From positions 2,123,940 to 2,187,939 of the forward strand of contig NC_057757.1 in NCBI RefSeq assembly GCF_004010195.1: a stretch of 64,000 nucleotides of DNA. Direction: 5' to 3'. The position numbers were made by a program, and so were the translations under genes. The stretch is from Chiloscyllium plagiosum. Taxonomy: Eukaryota. Of the stretch, positions 35,958 through 47,695 are shown one piece after another (the stretch's first letter is position 1; every line of letters starts with the position of its first letter). The notes under the pieces were generated by a model, which was not told where the DNA came from, did no database searches, and saw only the letters and a list, made by a program, of their open reading frames with translations.

Positions 35958-37055
35958 CCTTGTAGATGCTGGAATTTAAATTCAATTTTAAAAAGAAAAG
36001 TCTGTAATTGGAAGGTAGTCCTAGCGATTGTGGCCATGAGACTATTGTCAGAAAAATCCATCTGGTTTTGCTAATGGGAAGGTTTGGCCATCTTTACCTG
36101 GTCTGGTCTACACGTGACTCCCAGACCCACAGTGATGCAGGTGACAGTCACCCGTCCTGTCTGACAAGCCGCATCCCCGCTACACTTGTTTTTCTGTCCG
36201 CAGCACACCTGACTCTTGACTGTTCTCTGAAACAGCCGAGCACATTGCAATTCCCAAATATCTTCCCATCGTGGCCCTGGTTTGGTGCTTGAAATTTGCT
36301 GAGAACCCAGAACCCTGTGGGGGATCTGAGTGGGGGTATCCCAGTGTATGCAGGGCTGGGGATGGAGATGACAACCCTCCCTATTCATGTACTTATCCAA
36401 ATGTCTTTGAAATGTTGTAATGTGCCTGCATCCATCACTTCCTCAGGAAGTTCATTCCACACACAGACCACCCTTGTGTAAATATTTTGCCCTCCATGTC
36501 ATTTCTAAATCTCTCTCCTCTCACCTTAAAAATATGCCCCCTAGTCTTGAAATACCCCACCCGAGGGGGAAAAACACCTACCATTAACTCTATCCATGCC
36601 TCTCATGATTTTGTAAACCTCTATAACATCACCTCTCAATCTCCTACATTCCAGTGAAAAAAGTCTCTGCCTATCCAGCCTTTCTTTATAATTCAAACTT
36701 TCATTCCCAGCGACACCCTGGTAAATTTCTTCTGAACCCTCTCCAGCTTAATAATATCCTTCCTATAACAGGGCAACCAGAACTGGACACAGTGCTCCAG
36801 AAGGGGCCTCACCAACGTCCTGTACAACTTCAACATGACGTCCCAACTCCTGTACTCAAAAGGTCTGAGCAATGAAGACAAGCTTGCTAAATGCCTTCTT
36901 AACCACTCTGTCTATATGTGAGGCAAATACATATGTGTACCTCTAAGTCCCTCTGTTCTACAACCCTACCCAAGACCCTACCATTAATTGTATAAGTCAT
37001 GCCCATGTTTATTGCCTCAAAATACATTACTTTGCATTTATCCAGATTGAACTCA

Positions 37056-37279
37056 GAAAGTGAGGACTGCAGATGCTGGAGATCAGAGTCGAGAGTGTGG
37101 TGCTAGAAAAACACAGCGGGTCAGGCAGCATCCGAGGAGCAGGAAAATCAACGTTTCGGCAGCAGTCCTTCATCAGGAATTTGAAATTCCTGATGAAGGG
37201 CTTATGCCCGAAACGTCGATTCTCCTGCTGCTCAGATGCTGCCTAACATGCTGTGCTTTTCCAGCACCACACTCTCAAC
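37056..37279. mobile_element. 224-bp palindromic PLE-derived element with a hammerhead motif on each strand
   Basis: 15-bp TSD TCCAGATTGAACTCA at 37041-37055 and 37280-37294; arms of about 96 bp centred on G37183. Confidence 0.85.
37186..37222 (+). ncRNA. Minimal type-I hammerhead ribozyme motif
   Basis: CTGATGA at 37190-37196, extra A, stem II GGGC/GCCC with TTAT loop, GAAA at 37210-37213, GTC triplet at 37215-37217; stem I weak, stem III minimal. Confidence 0.6.
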
Positions 37280-38544
37280 TCCAGATTGAACTCAATCTGC
37301 TGTACCTTTTCCAGTCTTCCCTGCGCCCTGGACATAAAACAGATTATCCTTTAGTCAGTACCACCAAACTCATCCCTGCCTGCAGAGAAATTGTCCAGTT
37401 GGAAGATCGGGCCCTGACTGAGACCTACAGCAAGACCCAAAGGCAAGTCTGAGGCTTCCGCACCCTTTAGAAGTCAGCTTATCCAACACTCTGATTTCCT
37501 TGTACCCTCAATCCAGCTAAGCTCCACTCAGCCTTCACCGCATAGTTCGACTCTTCCAGCCACCCACTACTGACCTATGTAAACTCCCAGAATCCTAAAT
37601 CCTTCGATTCAAAGATACTCATCGTCCTATTTCAATCCATCTATTAGTTACTCTACCCTCCCTCAGTCCCACACCCATAGTCCTCCCCTCCCTGAGATCT
37701 CTGCCCTCTTCCAATTCTGGCCTCTTGCTCATCATAGGTTTCTGTCTCACTACAATTGGTGGCCGTACACTCGGCTGCCTAAGCCTCAAGCCATGGAATG
37801 ACCCCTTTTAACCCTTTCTCTGTCTCTTTATCACTTTTCTCCATTCGGACACTTCGGACTCCTTGACCAAAGCCTCGTGATGTCACTTAATACTGTGTTA
37901 TGTCTGAGGACTCTCCTGTGAGGTCCCTTTTGGGAGCTTTTAACACATGAAAGGTGATGTATAAATGCAGGATGTTGTTGCAAGGTCATGATCTCTAACT
38001 CAACTTTAAGCTGTCACTTCTTGTTTGCATGGCCCTCTCTAAACATCACGACTTAAACCTTTCTTAACCTTCCTCCTGACCCCTGCCAAATAACAAAAAC
38101 GTGCACACTATAGAGTTCCATCCAATATCGTTTCTTTCAAATGCAAGCAAAGCAATTTTTTTAAGAAGTAACAATAACTGATGTCTGGTAACTAATAAGT
38201 GGAAAAAAGTTATTACTAAACAAGTTCCTTAAGTTCAAATTGTGTTCCAACCTGGGAACATCCTGAGAGCAAAATACCAGAGACATCAAATGTAACAGCT
38301 GAAAGCGAAGGCTGCGGTGTCGGAAACCCAGCCACCAGTTGTTGCACCGCAAGATCCCAAAACATGGTAAACACAGGATTATTTGTTTTCATGATGTTGG
38401 GGTATGAATGTTGGCCTGGAAATGACAGCTAGCAACTCTCCCCAGTCTTCTCTAAAACAGTGAGGGGGTGTCAGAGGCTCTGTTTAACATCTCTTGACTA
38501 TGCTGCATATCTTCAGTGTTTCACTGAATTCTCTTTATTTGCAC

Positions 38545-39745
38545 TCATAGAGTCATACTACATGGAAACAGATCCCAACGTCCAACTCATCCATACCGAC
38601 CAAGTTTTCCAAACTAAACTACTCCCACTTCCCTGCATATCCCTCTAAACGTTTCTTATTCATGTACCTGTCCAAATGTCTTTTAAATGTTGGAACTGTA
38701 TCTGCATCTACCAAAGATTTCCAACAGATTTGTCAGGCACAAACTCTCCTTGACAAATCTGCGCTGACTTAGTCCTATTTTCCCATGCACTTTCAAGTAC
38801 TTTGCAATCTCATCCTTAACAATCATAGAATTCCTACAGTATGGAAACAGGCCAATTGGCCCAACAAGTCCACACCAACACTACTAAGAATAACCCACCC
38901 AGACCCATGTCCCTACTCTATTGCTCAAATTTCCCCTGACTAATGCACCTAACCTACACATCCGTGAACACTGGACAATTTTGAATGGCCAATCCACCCT
39001 AACCTCCATATCTTTTGACTGTGGGAGGAAACCCACGCAGACATGGGGAGAATGTGCAAACTTCACACAGGGTGGAATCGAACTCAGGTCCCTGGCACTA
39101 TGTGGCAGCAGTGCAAGTCACCGTGTCACCCATGGAGTCTAATAATGGACTCTAAAATCTTACCAACAACTGAAGTCCGGCTAACTGGCCTAGTTTCTTG
39201 TCTTCTGCCTCCCTCCCTTCTTAAGCAGGGGTGTTAGATTATTCATTTTCCACTGAGATCAAAGCAGATCTGGACAGGAAAGCCTTAGGGACAGACTCCC
39301 TCAAATTATCATACAGTCATAGAGTTGTGCAACATAGAAACAAACCCTTGGGTCTTAACTCATCCATGCCAACCCACTATCCTAAATTAATCAAGTCCCA
39401 TTTGGTAGCATTTGGCCCATATTCTTCTAAACGCTTCCTAATCATGTACCCATCCAGATCCCTTTTAAATGTTGTAATTGTACCAGCTCCCACTACTCCC
39501 TCTGTCCATACACACATCACCCTCTGTGTGAAAAACTTGTCTGTTAAATCCCTTTTAAATCTTTCCCCTGTCACCTTAAACCTATATCCTCTAGTTCTGG
39601 ACTCTACTACCCTACCAAAGATTTCTAACAGCTTTGTCAGGCATAACCTCCCCTTGATGAAACTGTGTGACTCAGTCCTATTTTCCCATGCATTTTCAAG
39701 TACTCTGCAATCTCATCCTTAATAATGGACTCTAAACTCTTACCC
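38545..39745 (-). mobile_element. Mosaic of CR1 fragments and an HE1-like SINE (38824-39132)
   Basis: Antisense CR1 tails, two related RT fragments, and a SINE head at about 39070-39130. Confidence 0.65.
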
Positions 39746-39767
39746 ATAGCCTATTCACTCCATCTAT

Positions 39768-40400
39768 TCAAGGTTTGTGCGAAGATTTGTAGCTCGGGTG
39801 CTCGTTGTTGTGGTTCTGTTCACCGAGCTGGGAATTTGTGTTGCAGACGTTTCGTCCCCTGTCTAGGTGACATCCTCAGTGCTTGGGAGCCTCCTGTGAA
39901 GTGCTTCTGTGATGTTTCCTCTGCCATTTGTAGTGGTTTGTATCTGCCACTTCCGGTTGTCAGTTCCAGCTGTCCGCTGCAGTGGTCGGTATATTGGGTC
40001 CAGGTCGATGTGCTTGTTGCTTGAATCAGTGGATGAGTGCCATGTCTCTAGGAATTCCCTGGCTGTTCTCTGTGTGGCTACTAAGGATAGCTGAGTTTGA
40101 CTGGGAGAACACTACTATTATAGGACAAGCCAAACAGAGAACAGCCAGGGAATTCCTAGAGGCATGGCACTCATCCACAGATTCAATCAATAAGCACATC
40201 GACCTGGACCCAATATACCGACCACTGCAGCGGACAGCTGGAACTCATAACCGGAAGCGGCAGATTCAAACCACTACAAATAGCGGAGGAAACATTACAG
40301 AAGCAATCCACAGGAGGCTCCCAAGCAGTGAGAATGTCACCCAGACAGGGGACAAAACGTCTGCAACACATTCCCAGCTTGGCGAACAGAACCACAACAA
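39768..40400. mobile_element. 633-bp palindromic Penelope-like 3'-end insertion
   Basis: 12-bp TSD CACTCCATCTAT at 39756-39767 and 40401-40412; arms at about 39805-40079 and 40128-40400; endonuclease C-terminus FDWENTTIIGQAKQRTAREFLEAWHS on +. Confidence 0.88.
39843..39882 (-). ncRNA. Minimal type-I hammerhead ribozyme motif with an intact core
   Basis: Minus strand reads gca CTGAGGA t GTCACC tagaca GGGGAC GAAAC GTC tgc; 3-bp stem I (GCA/TGC). Confidence 0.65.
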
Positions 40401-41019
40401 CACTCCATCTATGCCCCCCATGATTTCATAAACCTCTATAAGGTCACCCCTCAGCCTCTGACACTCCAGGGAAAACAGCCCCAGCCTGTTCAGCCTCTGC
40501 CTCTAACTAAAACCCTCCAACCCTCTTTGTAAATCTTTTCTGAACCCTTTCAAGTTTCACAACTTTGTTATAGCAGGGAGACCAGAAGTGAATGCAGTAT
40601 TCTGAAAGCTGCAACATGACATCCTAACCGCTATAATCTGCAGGAAAGAGGTTGAAGCCTTAGGGAGAATGTCGAAAAGTGTTTGTCCATTCATAGATTG
40701 TGCTGGCTTTCTTGGCAATTATTGCCAAATGCCCTTGATGGTAAGCTGGTGAGTCTTTGGAATATATGATTACCTACTATTCCCTAAGGAGGGAATTCCA
40801 GGATTTTAGACCACAGAACATTACAGCACAATACAGGCCCTTCAGCCCTCAATGTTGTGCCAACCTGTGAAACCGATCTTAAAGCCCATTTAAACTACAT
40901 TATTCCATTATCATCCATATGTTTTACCCAATGACCATTTATGACCCTGGGAAAGTAATGGAACATTGATATAATTCCAAATCAGGAGTGTGTGTGACTT
41001 AGAAGTAATGTTCTCATGT

Positions 41020-41475
41020 GTGTTGCCAGGACTGAAGGGTTTGAGTTATAAGGAGAGGCTGGATAGGCTGGGACTTTTTTCACTGGAGCATTGGATGCTG
41101 GGAGGTGACTTTATAGAGGTTTATAAAACCTTGAGGGCCACTGATAAGATGAATAGCCAGCGTCCTTTTGCAGCAATGAGGTATCCAAAATTACAGGGCA
41201 TAGGTTTAAGGTCAGAGGAAAAGATTTTAAAAGGACCTACGGTGGCAATGTTTTCACGTGGAGGGTGGTGCAAGTTTGGAATGAGCTGCCAGACAAAGTG
41301 GTAGAGCCGGGTACAATTACAGCATTTAAAAAGACATTTGGGCAGCTCCAGGGATAGGAAAGGTTTAGAAGGATATGGGCCAAATGCAGACAAATGGGAC
41401 CAGTTCGGTTTGGGATACCTGGTCGACATGGACAGTTTGGGCCAAAGGGTCTGTTTCTGTGCTCTGACTCTATCT
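41020..41475 (+). mobile_element. CR1 3' fragment
   Basis: LPGLKGLSYKERLDRLGLFSLE and CR1 tail. Confidence 0.75.
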
Positions 41476-42120
41476 CCTACTGCCTTTGTCCTTTTGGGTT
41501 GTGCTGCAATGGGATTGTTTGCAGTTGAGCCTGGGTTGCAATTGAGCTCATGTTGGCTTAGCTGTTGCATTTATTTCCAGTCTATTAGACACACCCTTAC
41601 TCAGAATAGGTGTTACCCTTCAAATTCTTGTTGCTGTCAGGGTTTATACAATGAAGAATGTATTTGAAGGGTTGTGCTATCAGTGGAGCCATCTGTATAC
41701 TGCAAGTTACCATGATTTCCACATCAGCAGTGTGATGATGACCCAGATCTTCTGGGAGTTTTAGGGTGTTGATTGAGAGATAAATATTATCCCAGGACAT
41801 TGGGGAAAAGGGCCCAGTTACATTTCTTGGAAATAGTGGTCATGGGATCATTACCATCCACCTCAGTCTAATACCTCTTCTAACTCTAGCACCTCTGACT
41901 GTCCCCCAGAAGCACAGGCTGATAGGAACGGGAAATTGTAAGAGGAGAGAAAGACATTTCAGTTACAACATCTATCATTAGGTCTCTCATTGATGCAAAT
42001 CAATCTAAGTCAGTACAACTTTGGTAAGAGTGGAAAATTGACAATGAGAATGCAGCTGTGAATTTGCAAAAATGTGAGTAAGAAGCAGGAGTGGGCTACG
42101 CAGCCCCTCAGGACCTCTCT

Positions 42121-42725
42121 CTGCCTCACAGTGCCGGAGACCTGGCTTCGGTTCCACGTGGAGTTTGCACGTTTGATTAGATTAGATTAATTATAGTGTG
42201 GAAACAGGCCTTTCGGCCCAACAAATCCACACCGACCCTCCGCTGAGCAGCCCACCCATACTCATTCCCCTATATTTACCCCTTCACCTAACACTACGGG
42301 CAATTTAGCATGGCCAATTCACCTAACTTGCACATTTTTGGACTGTGAGAGGAAACCCACGCCGACACTGGGAGAACGTGCAGACTCCACACAGACAGTT
42401 GCCTGAGGCGGGAATTGAACCCGGTCTCTGGCGCTGAGAGGCAGCAGTGCTAACCACTGTGCCACCGCGCCGCCCACACGTTCTCCCCGTGTTTGCATAG
42501 CTTTCCTCCCGTTTCCTCCCACAGTCCAAAGATGTACTGGTTAGGGAGGATTGGCCGTGCTAAATTATCCCGTGGTGTCTAGGGATGTGCTGGCTGGGTG
42601 GATTCGCCATGGGAAATGTAGGGTTACTGGGATGGGAGAATATGGGGGGGTTGTGGGATGCTATTCGGCGGGTTGGTGCAGACTTGATGGGTTGAATGGC
42701 TTCTTTCTGTATTGTAAGGATTCCA
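42121..42725. mobile_element. HE1-like SINE (-, 42174-42476) nested inside an HE1-like SINE (+)
   Basis: CACGTT repeated at 42168-42173 and 42477-42482; (GATTA)n tail. Confidence 0.75.
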
Positions 42726-44484
42726 CGAATTGCACTGGGAGCATCAGCGCAGATATCATTCTCAGGTCTGTGGGCACATAGTGACTTAGAACTCGCTCTT
42801 GGACACCAGTACCCACCTCCTCACCTAATCAGTATTGAAATTGATGGCACAGGAGGACATTCTGCCCACCATGCCCTGTGTTAGCCCTTCGAGCTTTCCA
42901 ATTAGTGCAACTCATCCCACCCTTTCCCCATAGAATCCTGCAATTTTTCACCCCCTCAAATATTTATCTAATCCCTTTCTGAAAGTTCCCACTGAATCTG
43001 CTTCCACCGCCCTTTCAGGCAGTGTGTTCCAGATCACAATTACTCAATGTGTGAAAAAAAATCTCATTTCCTCTGCCCATTCTTTTACCAAAGACATTAA
43101 ATTGGTCCCTCTGTGGTTACCAAGTAGCTGAGAACCATTTCTCCTTATTTTACTCCATCAAAACTTTGCAAGATTTTGACAACCTTGCTTCAATCCTTTT
43201 TTTTAATATTAACAATCGCAAAAATCGCTGGAAAGGCTCAGCGGGTCTGGCAGCATCTGTGGAGAGAAATCAAAGTTAACATTTCAGGTTCAATGACCCT
43301 TCTTCATTGCTCAAAGCAGAACAATCTCAGATCCCCCAGTCTCTCCACGTAACCGATGTTGTTTGAGTAAATCCCTCTCTAACACAATGGGACACCTTGC
43401 CGAACTTTCCCCCCACCCCTCCAAAGATGACACACAGGGCTCAATCCAGAATAAAAAATAATGTATTGAAATACAATAATACCGACAAAGGCCTTTTTCA
43501 TAGCAGCAACATTACAAAGCTTCGCTTGAGAGCTGACATCTCCTTGAATGAAAGTTAGGGGATGGTGCTTCAAATCAAATCACAGTTAGATACAGTTCAA
43601 CCCAAATTCACAGTTTTTGAAGTAACGACAACATCTTTGGATGGAAACGTTCACCCGGACGTGTTCCTGAACAGAGATCACACAATCTCCACCCTCTCAC
43701 CATTGACAGCGGGAAGGTGATGGGTGACCAGTCAGAAAGCAGAGATCCCTCTCTCCACCTCTCAGACTTTAAGATTGTCCACTTCTCCCCCAGCCAGTTT
43801 CCTGGGCTTTATTTATGAGGACAGAGAGCTCTTGCCGAACTTGTGCAGGTCTACCTAGAGGTGGGGGGGGCGGGGTGTCCAGATCTGGTTGCCATGCTTT
43901 AGGAAGGAGGTGTAGGTATTGGGGGGGAAAAAAGAGAGCAGGAGACGTTGTAGAGTTAGCTCTGCTGCTGGGTACATGGTCCCTGTCTTTACATGTACAC
44001 TGCAGCCCCCCCCCCACTGACATCTCCCAACACCTTGGTAATTTTGGTTGTGTCCAGTTTCTCAGATGATGAGCAACTGCACCCTAACGAAGTGCAAATT
44101 CAGACAGAGAACCATGCACTAGCCCCCCCCCGACAAAAGGGATGTGCCGCAGAAAAATCATTCCTGTTAACACTTTACATTACTAAATGACAATTCACGT
44201 TTGGTTAAATATACATACACACTATAAATCAAAACTAACACCCCCAAATCATGAGATGCTGAGGCTGTGGAGGGACGAGTGAAAATGACTTCTTGTTGGT
44301 TACGGGATCAACAGGTGAAGATAGAAATCAGCCACGATCCTCCAGGAAGGATGGAACAGGCTCGATGGGCTGAATGAAATGCAAAGAGGCAGTATTTAGG
44401 ACATTATCAGCCAGCCACACGCAGGCACAGGTTCAGATATTGCTGGCTCGGCAACCATTCATAGAATGGAGCATCGAATCCATA

Positions 44485-44778
44485 TCGTGGGAGCAGGCCA
44501 TTTGACCTATTGAATCCACACCAACCATCTGTAGAGCATCCCATTCCTGTAACCCTGCATTTCCCATGGCTAACTCACCTAGCCCGCACATCCTTGGACA
44601 TTATGGACAATTTAGCATGGCCAGTCCACCTAACCTTCACATCTTTAGACTGTAGGAGGAAACCAGAGCACCCAGAGGAAATCCAAAGGGAGAAGGTGCA
44701 AACTCCACACAGGCATTGGAATCTCCCGAGATTGGAATTGAACCTGGATCCTTGGCACTGTGAGGCAGCGGTACCAGC
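44485..44778 (-). mobile_element. HE1-like SINE
   Basis: Reverse-complement SINE body and head. Confidence 0.7.
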
Positions 44779-46084
44779 AGCTGAGTATCTCTTCAGATTT
44801 TGATTCACAGTTACTAAGGATCCTGTAACTCATTGAAAAACCTTCCAACATATTATTTGAAATCAAAGACAAATAAACCTTCCAGAATTTAGGTTAGCAG
44901 ATTAGATGCAGTCAATAACCAGCGACTGAGAATATCAAATGAATCTAAGCGGGAGATTCAGCAGAACGCTCTCCACTTACAGAGCGGTGGCAATGCAGAA
45001 CTCACAAACTCAGTTCAGGAAAGCACTTGCCTACAATTGTTCTTGTCACTGCTCAATATCAAAATATCATCTTTGCAATCAAATCCCTCCTTGGTCCTCA
45101 TTCCCCTCCTTATCTCTAACTTCCTCCAGCCTTAAGATCCTCCAGATCTTAAATTTCCTCCAGTAGCAAATTGAAGAGCCACGGAGAGCGGGCAGGAAAG
45201 GTGGAGCTGAGGGAGAGATTAAATCAGTAATATTGGTATTAAATGGCCCAATCTAGCTGCGGGTACTTATGTTCCACAACCATCCAGGATCTCTGTGCTC
45301 CTCCAAATCCAGCATTCCCCGATTCCCATCTCTGCACCATCCTTTGTGTGAATGGAATGAGCTGCCAGACGAAGTGGTGGAGGCTGGTACAATTGCAACG
45401 TTTAAAGGGCATCTGGATGGGTAATTGAATAGGAAGGGTTTGGAGGGATATGGGCCAAGTGCTGGAAAACGGGATTAGCATGATTTAGGATATCTGGTCA
45501 GCACGGATGAATTGGATTAAAGAGTCTGTTTCCATGCTGTACAGCTCCTTGACTCTAAGGTGCTGAGCAGGACATGCTAGAACTGAGAGTCTGGTTAAAG
45601 TTTGAGTTTCGCAACAGGTATTTCATGTCATTTGACCTCTGCTTTCTCATTCCCATCGTTTCCATTGTCCACTTTTTAAGTGTGAGGATAGTGGCTTTCT
45701 GATTTTCGTGTTACACCAGAGTTTCTCAACTGAAATTTGTCTTAATTTCATTTGAGAGCCTGCACTTATATAGCGCCTTTTCATGTAGAGAGACACCCAT
45801 GTGTTTAAATCAAATGAGCACATCCAGCCAGAGATCAGGGAGAGACGATCGAAAGTTAGATCAAAGAGACTGGAAGGGGAGAGGTTCAGGTAGGGGAATT
45901 CCACAGCCTCACGCTCGGGTAGATGAAGGCACAGCCACCAATGGTGGAGCAAGGAAATCGGGGGATGCTGGAAATGGAGGAGCACAGAGATCCTGGACTG
46001 TTGTGGAATGTAAGTGCTTGCAGCTAGATTAGGCCATTTAATACCATCGTGGCTGATTTAATCTCAGCCTCAATCTACCTTAGG

Positions 46085-47695
46085 TCCCCTCTTTCTCCTC
46101 TCATCATCAACCTATGCCCTTTAGATTTGGACTCCCCTACCCTGGAGAAAAGATCTTGTCTATTTACTCTATCCATGCCCCTCATGATTTTATAAACCTC
46201 TCTAAGTCACCCCTCAGTTTCTGACGCTCCAGGGAAAACAGCCCCAAGCCTGTTCAGCCTCTCCCTGTAGCTCAAACCCTCCAATCCTGGCAACATCCTT
46301 CTCAATCTTTTCTGAAGCCTTTCAAGTTTCACAACATCTTTCCAATAGCACAGAGACCAGAATTGTATGTAGTATTCCAAAAGTGGTCTCCTTCCTATTG
46401 GAAGGATGTTGCAAAACTTGAAAAGGGTTCAGAAAATATGTACATGGATGTTGTCAGGGTTGGAGGGTTTTAGCTATAGGGAGACGCTAAATAGGCTGGG
46501 GCTGCTTTCCCGGAGCGGCAGAGGCTGAGGGGTGATCTTAGAGGTTTATAAAATCATGAAGGGCATAGATAGGATAAATAGACAAGTCTTTCCCCTGGGG
46601 TGGGGGAATCCAGAACTAGAGGGCATATGTTTCGGGAGAGGGGAGGAAGGGACCTGAGGGGCAACTTTTTCACACAAAGGGTTGTGTATGTATGGAATGA
46701 GCTGCCAGAGGAAGTGGTGGAGGATGGTACAATGACAATGTTTAAAAGGCATCTGGATGGGGATATGAATAGGAAGAGTTTAGAGGGATATTAGCTAAAT
46801 GCTGGCAAATGGGATGAGATTAGGTTAGGATATCTGGTCAGCATGGAGGAGTTAGAGCAAAGGGTCTGTTTTCGTGCTGTACATCTCTATGATTCTATAA
46901 TGTCCTGTACAGCTGCAATATGACATTCCAACCCCTATATTCAATGCACTGACCAACAAAGGCAAGCCTACCAAACACTTCCTTCACCACCCTGTCTCCC
47001 CATGACTTCACTTTCAAGGAACTAAGAACTTGCAATCAAAAGGTCTCTGTTCAGCAAAACACCCCAAGAGCTACCATTAAGTGTATTCGACCCACTTTTC
47101 TGCCTTTCCAAAATGCAACACCTCACATTTATCTAAATTAAACTCCATCTGGCATCCCTTGGCCCATTGACTCATTTGATTAAGATGCCGTTGTATTCTG
47201 AGGTAACTTTCTTCACTGTCCACTACATCACCAATTTTAGTGTCATCTGCAAACTTACTCACTATACCTCCAATATTCACATCCAAATCACTTATACAAA
47301 TGTCGAAAAGCAGTGGACCCAACACCGATCCTTGTGACATATGCCTGGTCACAGGCCTTCAGTCCGAAAAACAACCCTCCACCTCCACCCTCTGGTCTTC
47401 TACCTTCGAACCAGTTCTATATCCAAGTGGCTGGGTCTCCCTGTATTCCTTGTGATCCAACCTTGCTAACTAGTGTACCATGAGGAACCTTGTCAAACCT
47501 CTTACTGAAGTCTGTATAGACAACATTCATCTCTGCCTTCATCAATCTTCTTTGTTACTTCCTCAAGAAAACTCAACCAAGTTCATGAGACACGATTTCC
47601 CACATTGACTATCCCTAATCAGTTCTTACCCTTCCAAATACATGTAAATCCTGTCCCTCGGAATTCCCTCCAACAACTTACCCAGCCCTGATGTC
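46085..47695 (-). mobile_element. CR1 RT/3' fragment with a nested opposite-strand CR1 3' copy (about 46390-46900)
   Basis: [10 protein letters not shown]...SKFADDTKIG on -; RGNFFTQRVVYVWNELP on +. Confidence 0.8.

Larger units (their letters stand above)
36378..37300 (-). mobile_element. CR1 3' fragment hosting a palindromic insertion near its 5' end
   Basis: LYRTLVRPLLEHCVQFWLPCYRKD on -. Confidence 0.75.
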
